From Octopus sinensis (taxonomy: Eukaryota): a stretch of 64,000 nucleotides of DNA. The stretch spans positions 118,978,001-119,042,000 of the forward strand of contig NC_042999.1 in NCBI RefSeq assembly GCF_006345805.1, written 5' to 3'. Of the stretch, positions 1 through 12,690 are shown one piece after another (position 1 is the stretch's first letter; every line of letters starts with the position of its first letter). Under the pieces are notes generated by a model. It was not told the origin of the DNA. It saw only the letters and a list, made by a program, of their open reading frames with translations, and ran no database searches. Position numbers and translations under genes: made by a program.

Positions 1-194
1 TGCTACTCCCCCTCCTTTTTATCAATATGATCTGTAATTGCTTACATCTTATTTAAAACTTCTCTGTACAGTTTATTTTGATTTTGCGATTGACAGTTAT
101 TTCACACATTTACCTATATATATATATTTAAAGTGGACATCAAACGATGATGATGATGATGATGATATGTACGTATATATACATATATATATAT

Positions 195-379
195 GGTCAT
201 GATAGATCACTAGCCACTACACATTCTCTATTTTCTCTCTTTGTTTCTTTCTGTGTTCCTTTCTGTGGAAGAGCGTAGGCTCGAAACGTTAATGACATTT
301 TCAATTTCCGAGTGTTATACTAATACATCTATTAGTTGTCTACACCACCTGTCTTCATCTTTTATTTTTTGTTAATTCT

Positions 380-385
<6 letters not shown>
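195..385 (+). mobile_element. Short non-coding Penelope-like terminal fragment between (TA)n tracts
   Basis: Contains a hammerhead-like motif. Its 3' part (GAGTGTTATACTAATACATCT...AATTCTCCC-TATA) recurs at ~9830-9922, also ending in (TA)n. Confidence 0.55.
258..296 (+). ncRNA. Degenerate minimal hammerhead-like motif
   Basis: CTTT-CTGTGGA-A-GAGC-GTAG-GCTC-GAAA-CG-TT-AATG. Stem II and GAAACGTT are intact, the core deviates from CUGANGA, and stem I is imperfect. Confidence 0.45.
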
Positions 386-422
<37 letters not shown>

Positions 423-425
<3 letters not shown>

Positions 426-610
426 TCAAGGAATACCAGATGAGCCATCCATAATTGGATACAACTCACCCAACAAAAACTCACTACTTGAATGGACCAT
501 AAACAAAACTTGACTTAAACAGGATTCAAATAATCCTATCATGTGGTGCTATTAAGTTAGACATGGCCTGGACCAATCTTTGGTCGAAACATATCTAAGT
601 TCTAAGTTCT
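423..610 (+). mobile_element. 3' end of CR1-like LINE
   Basis: Translates LQGIPDEPSIIGYNSPNKNSLLEW (PDEP..GY..NSL C-terminal motif), followed by hairpin GACCAA/TTGGTC and a (CTAAGTT)2 tail. Confidence 0.55.
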
Positions 611-3064
611 ATATATATATCAGACAATGTGTGAAATCCTTGGTACAGTTACATATATTTGAAAATGGAAAAGAATGACTTCAGTATTAGTTCTAATTAA
701 TTTAATATTCTAATAATATAAAATTTTACAGTTTGGTTCTTTGTTAACTTCAGTGGGAAGATTTTTTTTAAGATTCCTTGTTAACTTTTCTGGAGAACTT
801 TCTAGCACACATCAAACTGATCTTCAGGTTGTGTTGTACTGTGTGATTCTATATATAAGAGATTTGGTTATATCTTGGGTGGGGGATTGAGGTTTGTTAA
901 TGATAAGTGAGAGTGAAGGAGTGTTGATGAATCAGAAATGAAAGAAAATAGTGAATGGTAAAAACATGATAATTGATTGAGGGTGGAGTTGGGAGGTGGT
1001 GGTGTGTTTAAGGAGTGTTTTATGAAGGGCTTGTGAAAGTGTCCTCCTGTTGGTTCCATGTGAATAGTTGACCTTTGATGGAAAATATAATGGTCAGATG
1101 TTTTTCCAATTTTCTTATGACTGAATCAACTACCTTAATTTTATAAAGACAAGCTTCAGTAATTTTCAATGAAAATTTTCATAGAAAATTACTGAAGCTA
1201 CAATTACTAGAAATAATACAAATAAAAGCCCATATCTTGTTTTCTTTTTTTTTAAATACAAGGCACATTGGGAAATGTATATTCTAACATAATCCTAAAA
1301 AGGGCAGTATGGTTATGGCTGGAATGATTTTTGATCACTATTCTGGTTAGTTAAGAGAAGTGCACCTTTACATGGTAGTCTGACCTTACTATTTTGAAAA
1401 CGATAAAACATTGGGTTATGTAATCCAAGTAATGCAAGTATCAAGAAATCAATAAAACATCCATGGTTAGAATGTTATTAATCATAGATCTACTTGATCA
1501 AGGCTTTCCTAGTGCTAATCAACAACATCACCAACAGCAACAACAACAATACTCTGTGTACATTAACTTAGGAGTGTGTTTTTTTTTCTCTCATAATGAG
1601 AAAATGAAATGTTAGTAAAATTATCTCATCTGACAATCTGTACCAACAATCACTCATAAAAGTTTATAATTCAGCAATGATTTCATTTTTTAAGATAGCT
1701 ATTTATGTAATTATCAAATTTGATTTAGCTTAACTATAGAGATTTATGACAAACTTGTACGTGGCGAACTGGCAATAATCAGTAATTTCTATCAATATAT
1801 TGCATATATAAACTGTATAATTCACACATAAAATATTATTTATGAATGTTCTAAACAAATTTTCACTCAACGTTTTTCACTGTGATTTGTTTATCTGCAA
1901 ATTGGTTTATTTGTAATCAAAAGGAATACAAAAGACATTTTTTCACTTTCTAAATCAGAATCTTTACTCTTATCCCAAGCTAGAAATGAGTCATTGATAA
2001 AATTCTTACTTCCATGGTTTTTCTCGGAAATATTCCCAAGTTGTTGAATAACTTGTTCAAATCATTAAATGGTAACTAACTGGATTCAGTAATCATAAAT
2101 GTAAGTTGCAAAACATGAAAGCTTTTTGTCTTTGAGAATTAGCATGCATGTTTTTCTTCTTTCACTTTGGGTCTAGCACTATATATGCTAATTGATGGTA
2201 CAGGGAATATTTTTGATAACAACACAAAATTGGAAATATTCTCTAATGTATGAGATATGTAACATCTAAGATATTCATATGTGATATATTTGCACTGTAT
2301 CATAACATTTCAGAATATTGAGTTAGTAAACGTGAAGTGTTTTTCCAAATCCTTTTTATCACCACCTCTGATAAATAGCATTGCTATTCATGTAAAGTTA
2401 TGTGTAAACTATATATATGAATACTGGTGCATCTATCTTATTTCAGTAATAACTGCTGTGGCTACAATTTAGTTCCTTGTATTGCATTACCATTTACAAT
2501 TCATATTCATTCCTGAGACAGTTCAAGTTCTACCACATAATAATTTATGTTGTTCGTTTTATATTACAACTTTTCTCAGGAAGGTGATACTTACAATTAC
2601 ATAGAGAATACTCTCTCTACTACTTACCTATTTTACCCAAGACATCAGTAACAAAATGCATTCAGTTACAACTGTGAGTTTCACTTTTGTCTCTACTACT
2701 TGTCAAATTCCACCCATTAGTAGCTGTTTCACTATTGTTTATCTTATTTTGAGGGCACCAATTTTAAGACTATGATGTCATTATTGCTAGTCATCTCAAT
2801 ATACACTACTTGCCTTGTACACAATGTTGTACACCAACATTGTTTGCACAAAGGCCAAAGCATCTGCTATTATGAACTGATTAACCAGTTAGTATTGTTA
2901 TTTACTCACATTATTGATTCACAAACAGATTATCCAGACATTCTTCAGTCTTTGCTTTTTTTCAAACTCAGCCTTTACCTAGTCATCTTTATTATTTGAT
3001 GATAATGACAAGAGTTTGTAATGATTAGGTGACTACACTGCCTGAACAATCCAAAACAGCTCAC

Positions 3065-3325
3065 ACCTCATGGTGGCTAAGAGTCTTAGCTGGCAGTACA
3101 GGTTTGATTCCTGATATGGTAATTTGACCATGAACCAACAAGGAACTTTTCTATGTGATTGTTCAATCTACTAAGGTTAGTAGCCAAATCTCTTTAAAAT
3201 TATACCCTACCATAAAATGGTATGGAATCATCAGCTGATATAACCCCATGGAGTGTTCAATCAAAATGCTTTAGTTATGAGTGTGTTCAGTCAGGGATGG
3301 CCTGAGGTTAAACAACAATGATAAT
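3065..3325 (+). mobile_element. Old tRNA-like SINE with (CAA)n tail
   Basis: A/B-box-like head (TGGTGGCTAAG...GGTTTGATTCC). Related 3' parts occur at ~1190-1550, ~3650-3845 and, inverted, ~15290-15490. Confidence 0.4.
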
Positions 3326-6300
3326 CACAGTCCCTTTGAACCTTTGATACTTCAGGTTATTTCACTGATTTGAGCCTTGCCAGTTCTATGCAGCTTTTGA
3401 TATCAAATGAACTTTATCACTAACTTTAAGACAGCTATGTGAAATCAATATTCTTCTTCTGTATGTGTTTCTCCACATCTTCCACATAACAACAGCCTAA
3501 AGCTTTAAAATTCCCAGTCACTCTCATTCACAGATGTTTTCCAGTTGTACAGGCAAAGAATACTACGTATATTACTGGAAGAAGGTTAATCATTATCACA
3601 AACTAGGGGAAGACTAAATTAAGTTTTCATCTCATGGCTTACAAATGTGGTTTCTTTATAGTTATTTGACTGCTTGAAATATGGGCAAAATTTTCTTTAA
3701 GTACCACCCCTCTGTTTTAAGAAAGGTAAGGCACATAGTGCAACATATTTACAGATCCACAATAAGGTAGTATGTAATAGCTTGAAAACTTTCAGTCATA
3801 ATTTTGCTTGATCAGGGGTGACCTAGATCAAAACAATAACAACGTTCATGCCTCTCAAGTTACTGTTGGTTCATCTGATCAACTTGTCAAACAATCTCTG
3901 TTAACTTTGCAAGATCCTTTTTCTTGCTATTCCTCAACTAACCAACATCTCCGATGGAAAACATATATAAATGATGCAAAAAGAAAAAAAGTTTAAAAAG
4001 AAATTACAAATCTATGGAAGTGCCCTGGGGTAAACTGACAAAGTAACTAAGAATGACAATTAGTATTATTTTTCAAAAAGGAGAATCAATGAAGTATTTC
4101 CTGATATTTATAGGGATTATCTTTTTTTCTTTTCTTATTCAAGAAAAGTATTACAGTGCCTTTAATGTTTTGCAGAATCTCTGAGACTGTTTGGGAAAAG
4201 GGAGAAATAAACCACAACACATGGGTTACCTTCAGACCTGAGACCTGGTTCAAATGTACACAACAGAGTAAGTTCCGCTAACAGCATCCAAGAAACAGTA
4301 TTTGCTTCAGCAATAAAACAGAAATGAATTAAGTCTACCATCCAAGAACAGATACAATCCATATGAAAGAGTTTTTTTACACAATTTCCATCAATCCAAT
4401 TTCCCTCACAAGTTTTGGATTAATATGGTATTATGCCAGGAAGCACTCATGGTGATACATAATGGAATCAAACCATGTGGCCGCAAAGTGCACTTAACAA
4501 CATGCTCATGGCTGCATCATAAATGTAGCTATCAAGTGATAAGCTTTAAGTTTAAGTGCTAAATGCCACATGAGATTGTAAATTAATGTAAAAGAAGTAC
4601 ACTTGGAATATTTCAACAAGAACTGAGTGGTTCAAGCTAATGTAAATTTTACTAACTTTGCATTAAATATCAAACAACCACTAGAATGTGAGGAGTCTAA
4701 TTCACAGCATAACAGCAGAGTCTACTCTGTACATTACTTTTTAATACCTAATAGTCTTTTCAACAGACATTCAATTAAGTTTTTGTAATAATGCAATAAC
4801 CAAACATAATTTGGCTATGATTAAATAAACAAAAGAAGGAAGTGATTGAAAAAAACATCAAATATATTTTTGCAAAGGGGGATTAAATCAATATGACCAA
4901 CATACATCTGAACAAATTAATTGCAAATACTTGTATATTCTTGTAAATTTAATAATCTTCACAGTTATGTTTCACTTGCAATGATTTCAAATTGCCCTTC
5001 AGATATATACTTGCTTATAATTCTGGAATTTCTTTCAATAGATACATTACTGCAATTTAAATAATATAATACATTCCAACAGTATATTTTCATCATGATT
5101 TTGCTTTAAATTTACTTGCAAGAGAAACAATTTAATTTCAGTGTTCATGCTCACTTAAACCATTCCTAACAATTAATGTTGGATAGCTTAATATCAGAAA
5201 GTTTCTCTTAAATAGTGACTTTACCTGTGGCTTGGAAAAAATGTTAATAAAGTGCAATTTAGTGATATCTATATTCAGACGACTCTTCTACTTGATAAAA
5301 TACATTAAACAGATAGCGTTTAAGATATTTTCATAACAACAGGTTCTATTAAACAATAAATGATTAAATAAACAATATGCAACTACAAGGGGAAAATAGA
5401 ATTGATATGTTAAATATTATATATAAATAAAAACATGATGGGTATTAAAGTTCAACAGTATTCAAATGCAGATTTTAATTGAAAATGAAGAGAAAAGAAA
5501 TTTCTGAAAAGAATAATTTGTGAAGTACACTTTGGCAGTAAAACATGAGTATGAGCAGCTAACTGTTGACTAATTGTTATCTCTTATGTAGCTGCAATTA
5601 ATGTTAGATAAAGAAAAGAGTTCAAAGTAGTCAAGGGAGATTTTGAACAATAATCTTATATTCAAAAGAAAAGTTGATCTCCCATTGTCTTTCCATCACA
5701 ACATATATGTAGAAGTGGGGTGGATCAAAGGGTGGAATCAGAAGAGGAGATAACCCCTGCCACAATATTTATGTAGAAGGGGGGAAGAAGGGGAGGAGAA
5801 AAAGTTGTTGAGAGAGAATACACTGAGAGAGAGAGAGAGGAGGGGAAAGAGAGCGAGAATGTATGTGTACTTGTGAAAATAGATAATCAAGTAGTGTTGT
5901 CACCATGGTAACTAATAAGTTTTTATTTAAAATAAAATGCAGGAATTATTAGTGCAAATCTGTCACATACCGCAACAATAACAACCTACTGTTATAGCGA
6001 AAGTTAATTTTTTTAAAGTCTGTGTTGAATTGTCTATATGTGGAAAAACATACATGCACACACACACACACATACACACACATACATGCACACACACACA
6101 AACAATCAGAAAATAACTAGATGTAAGTCAATCTAAACATTATTTGAACAATTTACAAAGATATGTGCATGGTTGACATATATTTTTACTGGCACTGTAG
6201 TGATAGATAAGACCTAGTAATTATCACAGGGGACCTTGAGAAAAATTAAAACAGGCATAGGTGTGACTGTATCAAGAACAATACCTTTAAAGAATAGAAG

Positions 6301-6332
6301 ATACCACAGTCACCATCATCATAATTAATAAA

Positions 6333-6918
6333 GGTGCAGGCATGGCTGTGTGGTAAGAAGCTTGCTTCCCAACCACATGGTTCTGTGTTCCACTGCATGG
6401 CATCTTGGGCAAGTAGCTTCTACAATAGCCTTGAGAGTGAATTTGGCAAACAGAAACTGAAAGTAGCCTGTTGTATATATATATATATATATACATACTC
6501 TTTACTCTCTTTTATGCTTTTACTTGTTTCAGTCATTTGACTGCAGCCATGCTGGAGCAAATCAATTCCAGGACTTATTCTTTGTAAGCCTAGTACTTAT
6601 TCTATGGGTCTCTTCTGCCAAACCGCTAAGTTACAGGGACGTAAACACACCAGCATCTGTTGTCAAGCGATGTTGGGGGGAAGGGACAAACACAGACACA
6701 CAAACATATACACACACACGTACATACATATATATTCATATATACGATGGGCTTCTTTCAGATTCCGTCTACCAAATCCACTCACAAGGCTTTGGTCAGC
6801 CTGAGGCTATAGTAGAAGACACTTGCCCAAGGTGCCACACAGTGGGACTGAACCCGGAACCATGTGGTTAGCAAGCAAGCTACTTACCACACAGCCACTA
6901 AATATATATGCTAAAATA

Positions 6919-6951
<33 letters not shown>

Positions 6952-7225
6952 TGTATGTATGTATATGTATAAAAATTTATATGTATTTGTGTGTGTGCAT
7001 GTGTGTGTCTTTGTGTCTGTGTTTGTGTCCCCACCACAGCTTGACAACCTGTGCTGGTGTATTTTCATCCCTGTAACTTAGCAGTTCAGCAGAAGAGACT
7101 GATAGAATAAGTAGCCTGCTTTAGAAAATAAGCATTGAGTTCAATACATTTGACTAAAGATTCTTCAAGGCAGTGCTCCAGCATGGCTGCAGTCTAATGA
7201 CTGAAACAAGTAAAAGATAAAAGAA
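6333..7225 (+). mobile_element. SINE family A (Octopus-type tRNA-derived) split by a nested copy
   Basis: The head GGTGCAGGCATGGCTGTGTGGTAAGAAGCTTGC is at 6333 and the 3' half resumes at ~6990, ending GACTGAAACAAGTAAAAGA. Confidence 0.8.
6497..6900 (-). mobile_element. SINE family A, nearly full-length, nested in the central TA tract of the previous copy
   Basis: Reverse complement of the copy at 14869-15290. Confidence 0.85.
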
Positions 7226-7625
7226 TACAAGATGATGGATATTGTGCTACATGGAAATATACTGACAGCATGTTGATGACCAGTTTCCTTCTATTTGCAG
7301 ATACTACTGGCAGTAAAATCCAAGTGATTATAATAGATGAAATCAATAATGTTGGAAGTAATTGGTTTGCATTAATTGCATGTATTCTGCAAGGATGAGG
7401 GAGTTCAGGAAAACTTCATATAAGGGGTATGTTCAAAAGCTGCAAATAGGAACATCATCCCGCTGTAAACACTACCAAGCAGATTGTTTGTAATTTATCA
7501 ACACTCATCAGAATATCTGCCAACATGCAGTTGAGGTTGTGTATACTATTGCTGCAGGTAGAAGCTAAGAATGTTAATCGTGAATGGTTGGTGATTTGTT
7601 ACAAAAATTCAAAACTTGTAACTCA

Positions 7626-8401
7626 GAGCTGGCAGAAACGTTAACGCACCAGGCGAAATGCTTAGCGGTATTTCGTCTGCCGCTACGTTCTGAGTTCAAA
7701 TTCCACCGAAGTCGACTTTGCCTTCCATCCTTTCAGAGTCAATTAGATAAGTACCAGTTACGCACTGGGATTGACATAATTGACTTAATCTGTTTGTCTG
7801 TCCTTGTTTGTCCTCTTTGTGTTTAGCCCCCTGTGGGTAGTAAAGAAATAGGTATTTTGTCTGCCGTTATGTTCTGAGTTCAAATTCCGCCGAGGTCCAC
7901 TTTGCCTTTCATCCTTTCAGGGTCGATTAAATAAGTACCAGTTATGCACTGGGGTTGATATAATCGACTTAATCCGTTTGTCTGTTCTTGTTTGTCCTCT
8001 CTGTGTTTAGCCCCTTGTGGGTAGTAAAGAAATAGGTATTTTGTCTGTTGTTATGTTCTGAGTTCAAATTCTGCCAAGGTCGACTTTGCCTTTCATCCTT
8101 TCAGGGTCGATTAAATAAGTACCAGTTATGCACTGGGGTTGATATAATCGACTTAATCCGTTTGTCTGTTCTTGTTTGTCCTCTCTGTGTTTAGCCCCTT
8201 GTGGGTAGTAAAGAAATAGGTATTTTGTCTGTTGTTATGTTCTGAGTTCAAATTCTGCCAAGGTCGACTTTGCCTTTCATCCTTTTGGGGTCAATAAATT
8301 AAGTACCAGTTATGCACTGGGGTCGACATAATCGACTTAATCCCTTTGCCTGTCCTTGTTTGTCCCCTCTATGTTTACTCCCTTGTGGGCAATAAAGAAA
8401 T
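7626..8401 (+). repeat. SINE family B with 4 tandem 184-bp body units
   Basis: One head GAGCTGGCAGAAACG, then units starting GGTATTT at 7667, 7851, 8035 and 8219. Confidence 0.9.
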
Positions 8402-8834
8402 TTTTAAAAAATCAACTCATCTAGTATATAACAGCAATTTCTAAAAGAAGCTTAGTCCATCAAACCATGCAAAATCAGTAAGACAATCTCTACACTTTGT
8501 ATAATTTATCTTTTATTAAGTATCCATATAGTACAATAATATTAGCATTTCTTTACAAATTCTACATGAAAAAAATAATCCAGCCAAAGTACTACAGCTC
8601 ACTAACACATACTGGGTTACTGGGAGCACTTAACCTCCAGTAGCACTTTTCCTATTATACAGTGATAGCAAATATCACTGCAGCTGCTTAAGGAGAAATA
8701 TTCTTGTCAAGCAGGACTGACTTAGTTCATTCAGACAAAGAAGAATATATGTATAATGAAATGATGATGATTGCGATTATGATGATAGTGACTGTGATAT
8801 GTTCTATTCTTTAGAGATTGTGTACTTGACACCA

Positions 8835-8890
8835 AATACACACAAACACACAAAAACACACATATATGTATATATAGATATGTATGTATG

Positions 8891-8945
<55 letters not shown>

Positions 8946-9000
8946 CATACATATATATATACATATATATATATATACACACATATATACATATGTATGT

Positions 9001-9054
<54 letters not shown>
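8835..9054. repeat. Compound (TA)/(CA)/(TG) microsatellite
   Basis: Directly visible. It is the source of the overlapping YI-repeat ORFs. Confidence 0.95.
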
Positions 9055-9746
9055 CAACTTAACATATTTATATGTTTATTCTTATATTTTGAACTTTACT
9101 GTCTAAACAATACTAGTGTACTTGTATTGAGGAAATCACATAACCACGCTTCCTTTTCTTTTCTCTAAGAAAATCGATTTGATTTTGAAAATGATAGCAT
9201 ACTTAAATATGTTTATACTCAATTACATTGTTCAGTTTGTACAGTCAGGCAAATATAAACATTAGACAGGAGAACAAACTATTTGATAAGTAAAATAAAG
9301 AAGTTTTTAAAACTCCTCAATAACTTTTTTTATTATGCATTCTTTAAAAAAACACGATTCTCAAATTTTTGTTTTGAACATCAAATATTCAGAATCTCGC
9401 GTTTTTATTTAATTTTATAAGAAAATTTAACAATGTAATTTATATCGTTTGATCTTCATTTGGCATTCTCATTTCCGAACTGGCATAAGACGTTGAATGA
9501 AGACTTCCTTGGATCAGTATTTTGAGGTTGGAAGCTTCTTGCTATCATTGAAACCTTTCCGTTTTGCAAGTAAAGGATTTTTATATCACTTGTATTCATA
9601 CAATATGGTTGAACAGAACATTGTGTTTATAGGAAACATAACCATGACATCAATATTTTTCTTCTTTTTATGTCATACTTAGCAAGCAGGGTAAACACAT
9701 ACACACACACATACATATATATACACGTGTGTGTGTGTGTATACAG

Positions 9747-9783
<37 letters not shown>

Positions 9784-9919
9784 AGTGGCTGTGTAGTAAG
9801 TATCTTGCTTACCAACCACATGGTTGGTAAACTTTTACAATTCCGGAGTGTTATACTAATACATCTGTTTGTTTTCTATACCACCTCTCTTCGTCTTTTG
9901 TCTTTTTGTGAATTCTCCC

Positions 9920-9962
<43 letters not shown>

Positions 9963-10059
9963 TATATACATATATACATACACACACACACATATATATA
10001 TATATATATCATGATGATAATAATGATGATGATGATAATGTATATATGTATGTATATAT

Positions 10060-10680
10060 GATGACTGTCTACTTTTGACTGAGGAAGATTGCCACAATGC
10101 ACACATTTTCTTTTTTAATGAGCCCAACTCGCCATGAACATACCTGTCTGCAGATGCTGTAGACAAACTTTCCCCATTCACTACACTGGCATTTTCGAGA
10201 AGCTCCTTTACATTTAGCATGTGAAATGCATGTTTCTTCAAAAATGCCTACTCTCTCCTTTACTTCTTTCCTCCACTAATGGCAATGATAAGTATTGTTT
10301 TCCCTGCTGACGTCCCATATTTCAGATGCCTTTAATGAGGCCTTTACACAATCCTTAAACTGTTGTCTTAGTTTCTGCTAGGGGTACTTTCCACAAGCAA
10401 GTTCATCATATAGCATTTGCTTAGGGTACCTCTAATCATTCATCCAAAGAGGGATGAACTGAAGTTGTCGTGTACTATGCATGTGTGCTTATGCCACTCC
10501 TTTGCTCATGTGAGACATGGATCTTTTACAGGCATTATGTTAGGGTCCTTGAACACTTCCATCAGAGATGGCTGGTCCTTGCAGACTCTAGACATGGAGG
10601 TCTTGATGGGAGCTGACATGCTGAGCATTGAGGTGACAGTGCACAAGCACTGATTACACTAGGCTGGACAAATTGTTTAG
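10060..10680 (-). pseudogene. Decayed RTE-clade LINE ORF C-terminus
   Basis: Minus strand reads MND*RYPKQMLYDELACGKYP and later FVYSICRQVCSWRVGL, typical RTE C-terminal motifs, with stops. Confidence 0.6.
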
Positions 10681-10790
10681 ATAAATGATATACATACATA
10701 CGTACATACATAGATATAGCAATATAGTATTCTGTATACTACCAAAAACATATAATTCCTGCATATATAGATGTATATACATATATATTC

Positions 10791-10824
<34 letters not shown>

Positions 10825-11009
10825 ATAAATAAGAAAAAATATTAAATAGTGAAATGCAGTAGTATTGCTTCCTAGTAAAACAAAGCACCATCAGGTTAAA
10901 GTATGAATACGATAGTGGTACAAAACTGCACTACAACAATACACCAATATTTACTGGAAATAGCAGCCGATAATATACGATGCTATAGTAAAGCTTCACT
11001 GTATATATA

Positions 11010-11395
11010 TATACTGCCAAAAATGTTTGTGGGTGGCGGACATAAAAAATTTCATCTTACCTTTAAGAAGAACATTAAATAAATGTACAACCCAGATGTG
11101 GATAATCTAGGACCTAGATTTCGAACTTTCCAAATTAGGTTTGATAACATAAATTTGATTAGTTCTCATCAGCTAGATTCACCTAGACAAAGTTTCAAAT
11201 GTCACTACATTAATGCCAGTATTTACGCATCTGAAATATCATTAACAGACCGAGAAGAGTGAAAAAGTTTTCAAAGAAAAAATTATTAAATAGTGCAATA
11301 CAGTAGTATTGCTTCCCAGTAAAACAAAGCACCATCAGGTTAAAGTATAAATAAGATAGTGGTATTTCCAGTAAATATTGTTGCATTGTTGTACC
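11010..11395 (-). mobile_element. Hammerhead-bearing Penelope-like non-coding element
   Basis: Ends in a TA tract at ~11010 and contains a hammerhead. 11273-11364 is a direct repeat of 10830-10920, and 11363-11393 is the inverse of ~10932-10962. Confidence 0.6.
11104..11179 (-). ncRNA. Minimal type-I hammerhead ribozyme
   Basis: AATCTAG-CTGATGA-GAACT...AGTTC-GAAA-TCTAGG-TC-CTAGATT. Stem I is 7 bp, the core is complete, stem II is 5 bp, mini stem III is near-palindromic, and the cleavage triplet is GUC. Confidence 0.8.
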
Positions 11396-11533
11396 AGAGA
11401 CTTTGGGCATTGATGAAATTCTGCTGGCCGGTCTTACCCCCACCCTTAAATTTGCTGATTTGGTGCTACAATTTCAGACCAATATAAGGACTTTGTTAGA
11501 CACATGAACATAGTCTTAATTGAGAATAATAAT

Positions 11534-11742
11534 GTTCTTTTCTCCTCTAGGCACAAGACCCAAAATTTTAGGGGAGGAAGCCAGTTGATTAGATCAACCC
11601 CAGTATGCAACTGGTGTTTAATTTATCGACCCTGAAAGGATGAGAGGCAAAGTTGACCTCAGCAGAATTTGAACTCAGGATGTAAAGACAGACAAAATAT
11701 TACAAAGCATTTCACTTGACATGTTTCTGCCAGCTCACCACT
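11534..11742 (-). mobile_element. SINE family B-related copy with TSD
   Basis: Flanked by TTGAGAATAATAAT on both sides (~11520 and ~11743). Confidence 0.7.
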
Positions 11743-12246
11743 TTGAGAATAATAATATTACTATCTGAAAGGATCACAACTTATTTTTTGGCTATTCTAT
11801 TATGTTAAATTGAAACCTGCATCTTAAAGTTGGTTTCATTCTTCAAACTTTATTTTCCATTTCCAAACACAATAACATTTCATCAGTCCTAAGCAAAGTA
11901 AACTTTTTTCTAAACTTTTACTAGTAAACATGGTTATAATGTGAATCTTGTTGAATAACAGCAACAAAATTCCAAGTAAAATAATTGGATGCATCCATGT
12001 GAATTATAGTTCAATTTCGATAATTAGAAGTAAAAAAGTAAAAATAATCTATGAAATATATTGAGATGACATTTCAAAATATAAAATATAGATATTTATA
12101 GGCTGGTTATAAGATTAGAAAATATCAGAATATCAGATCATTTACTTGTTTTGATGAAAAACATATTGTAGGCCTCCAATTAATCCAGTAATGCATAATG
12201 GGCTCCAAACAAGATAGTCAGAATATCATACAATACAAAGTAAATT

Positions 12247-12690
12247 ATCATCATCATCATCATCATGCTTTAATGTTTGTTTTCCATGCTGGCATGGGTT
12301 GAACAGTTTAACCAGAGCAGGCAAGCAGGAGAGTTGCACCAGCTTTCAGTCTGATTCAGCTTGGTTTTTATGGCTGGATGTCTTTCCTAATGGCCAACCA
12401 TCTTACTGTGTGTGCTGGGTGCTTTTAACATAGAACTGGTACAAGCACTATTACATGGCACTGGCAAAAGTGCTTTTTCATGTGGCACCAGCACAGGAGT
12501 CTTGCAGGTCAAATGTCTTCATCAGAAGAGTGACCTTAACATTTCTGCTATAGATGACGAGCCTTCCTGAAAATAACAAGGCACCATATATCTCGTTTTC
12601 TTTTATTGTAATTTCCTCTGTAAAGTTCAGTGTCCTGAGGTTGTCCCTCAGTACTTCATTCCTGGGTCTCCCTCTCCCATGAGTTCCATC
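12247..12690 (-). mobile_element. RTE LINE 3' end
   Basis: (CAT)n tail, 3' UTR homologous to 46680-46850, and ORF remnant GRGRPRNEVLRDNLRTL. Confidence 0.75.

Noticed and set aside
570-592. GACCAA-TCT-TTGGTC-GAAAC as a hammerhead
   Set aside because: There is no CUGANGA upstream. It is better explained as a LINE 3' stem-loop.
8731-10241. Many overlapping YI/HT/CV-rich ORFs (also 25363-26021, 33963-34546)
   Set aside because: They are translations of dinucleotide microsatellites, open only because the repeats lack stops.
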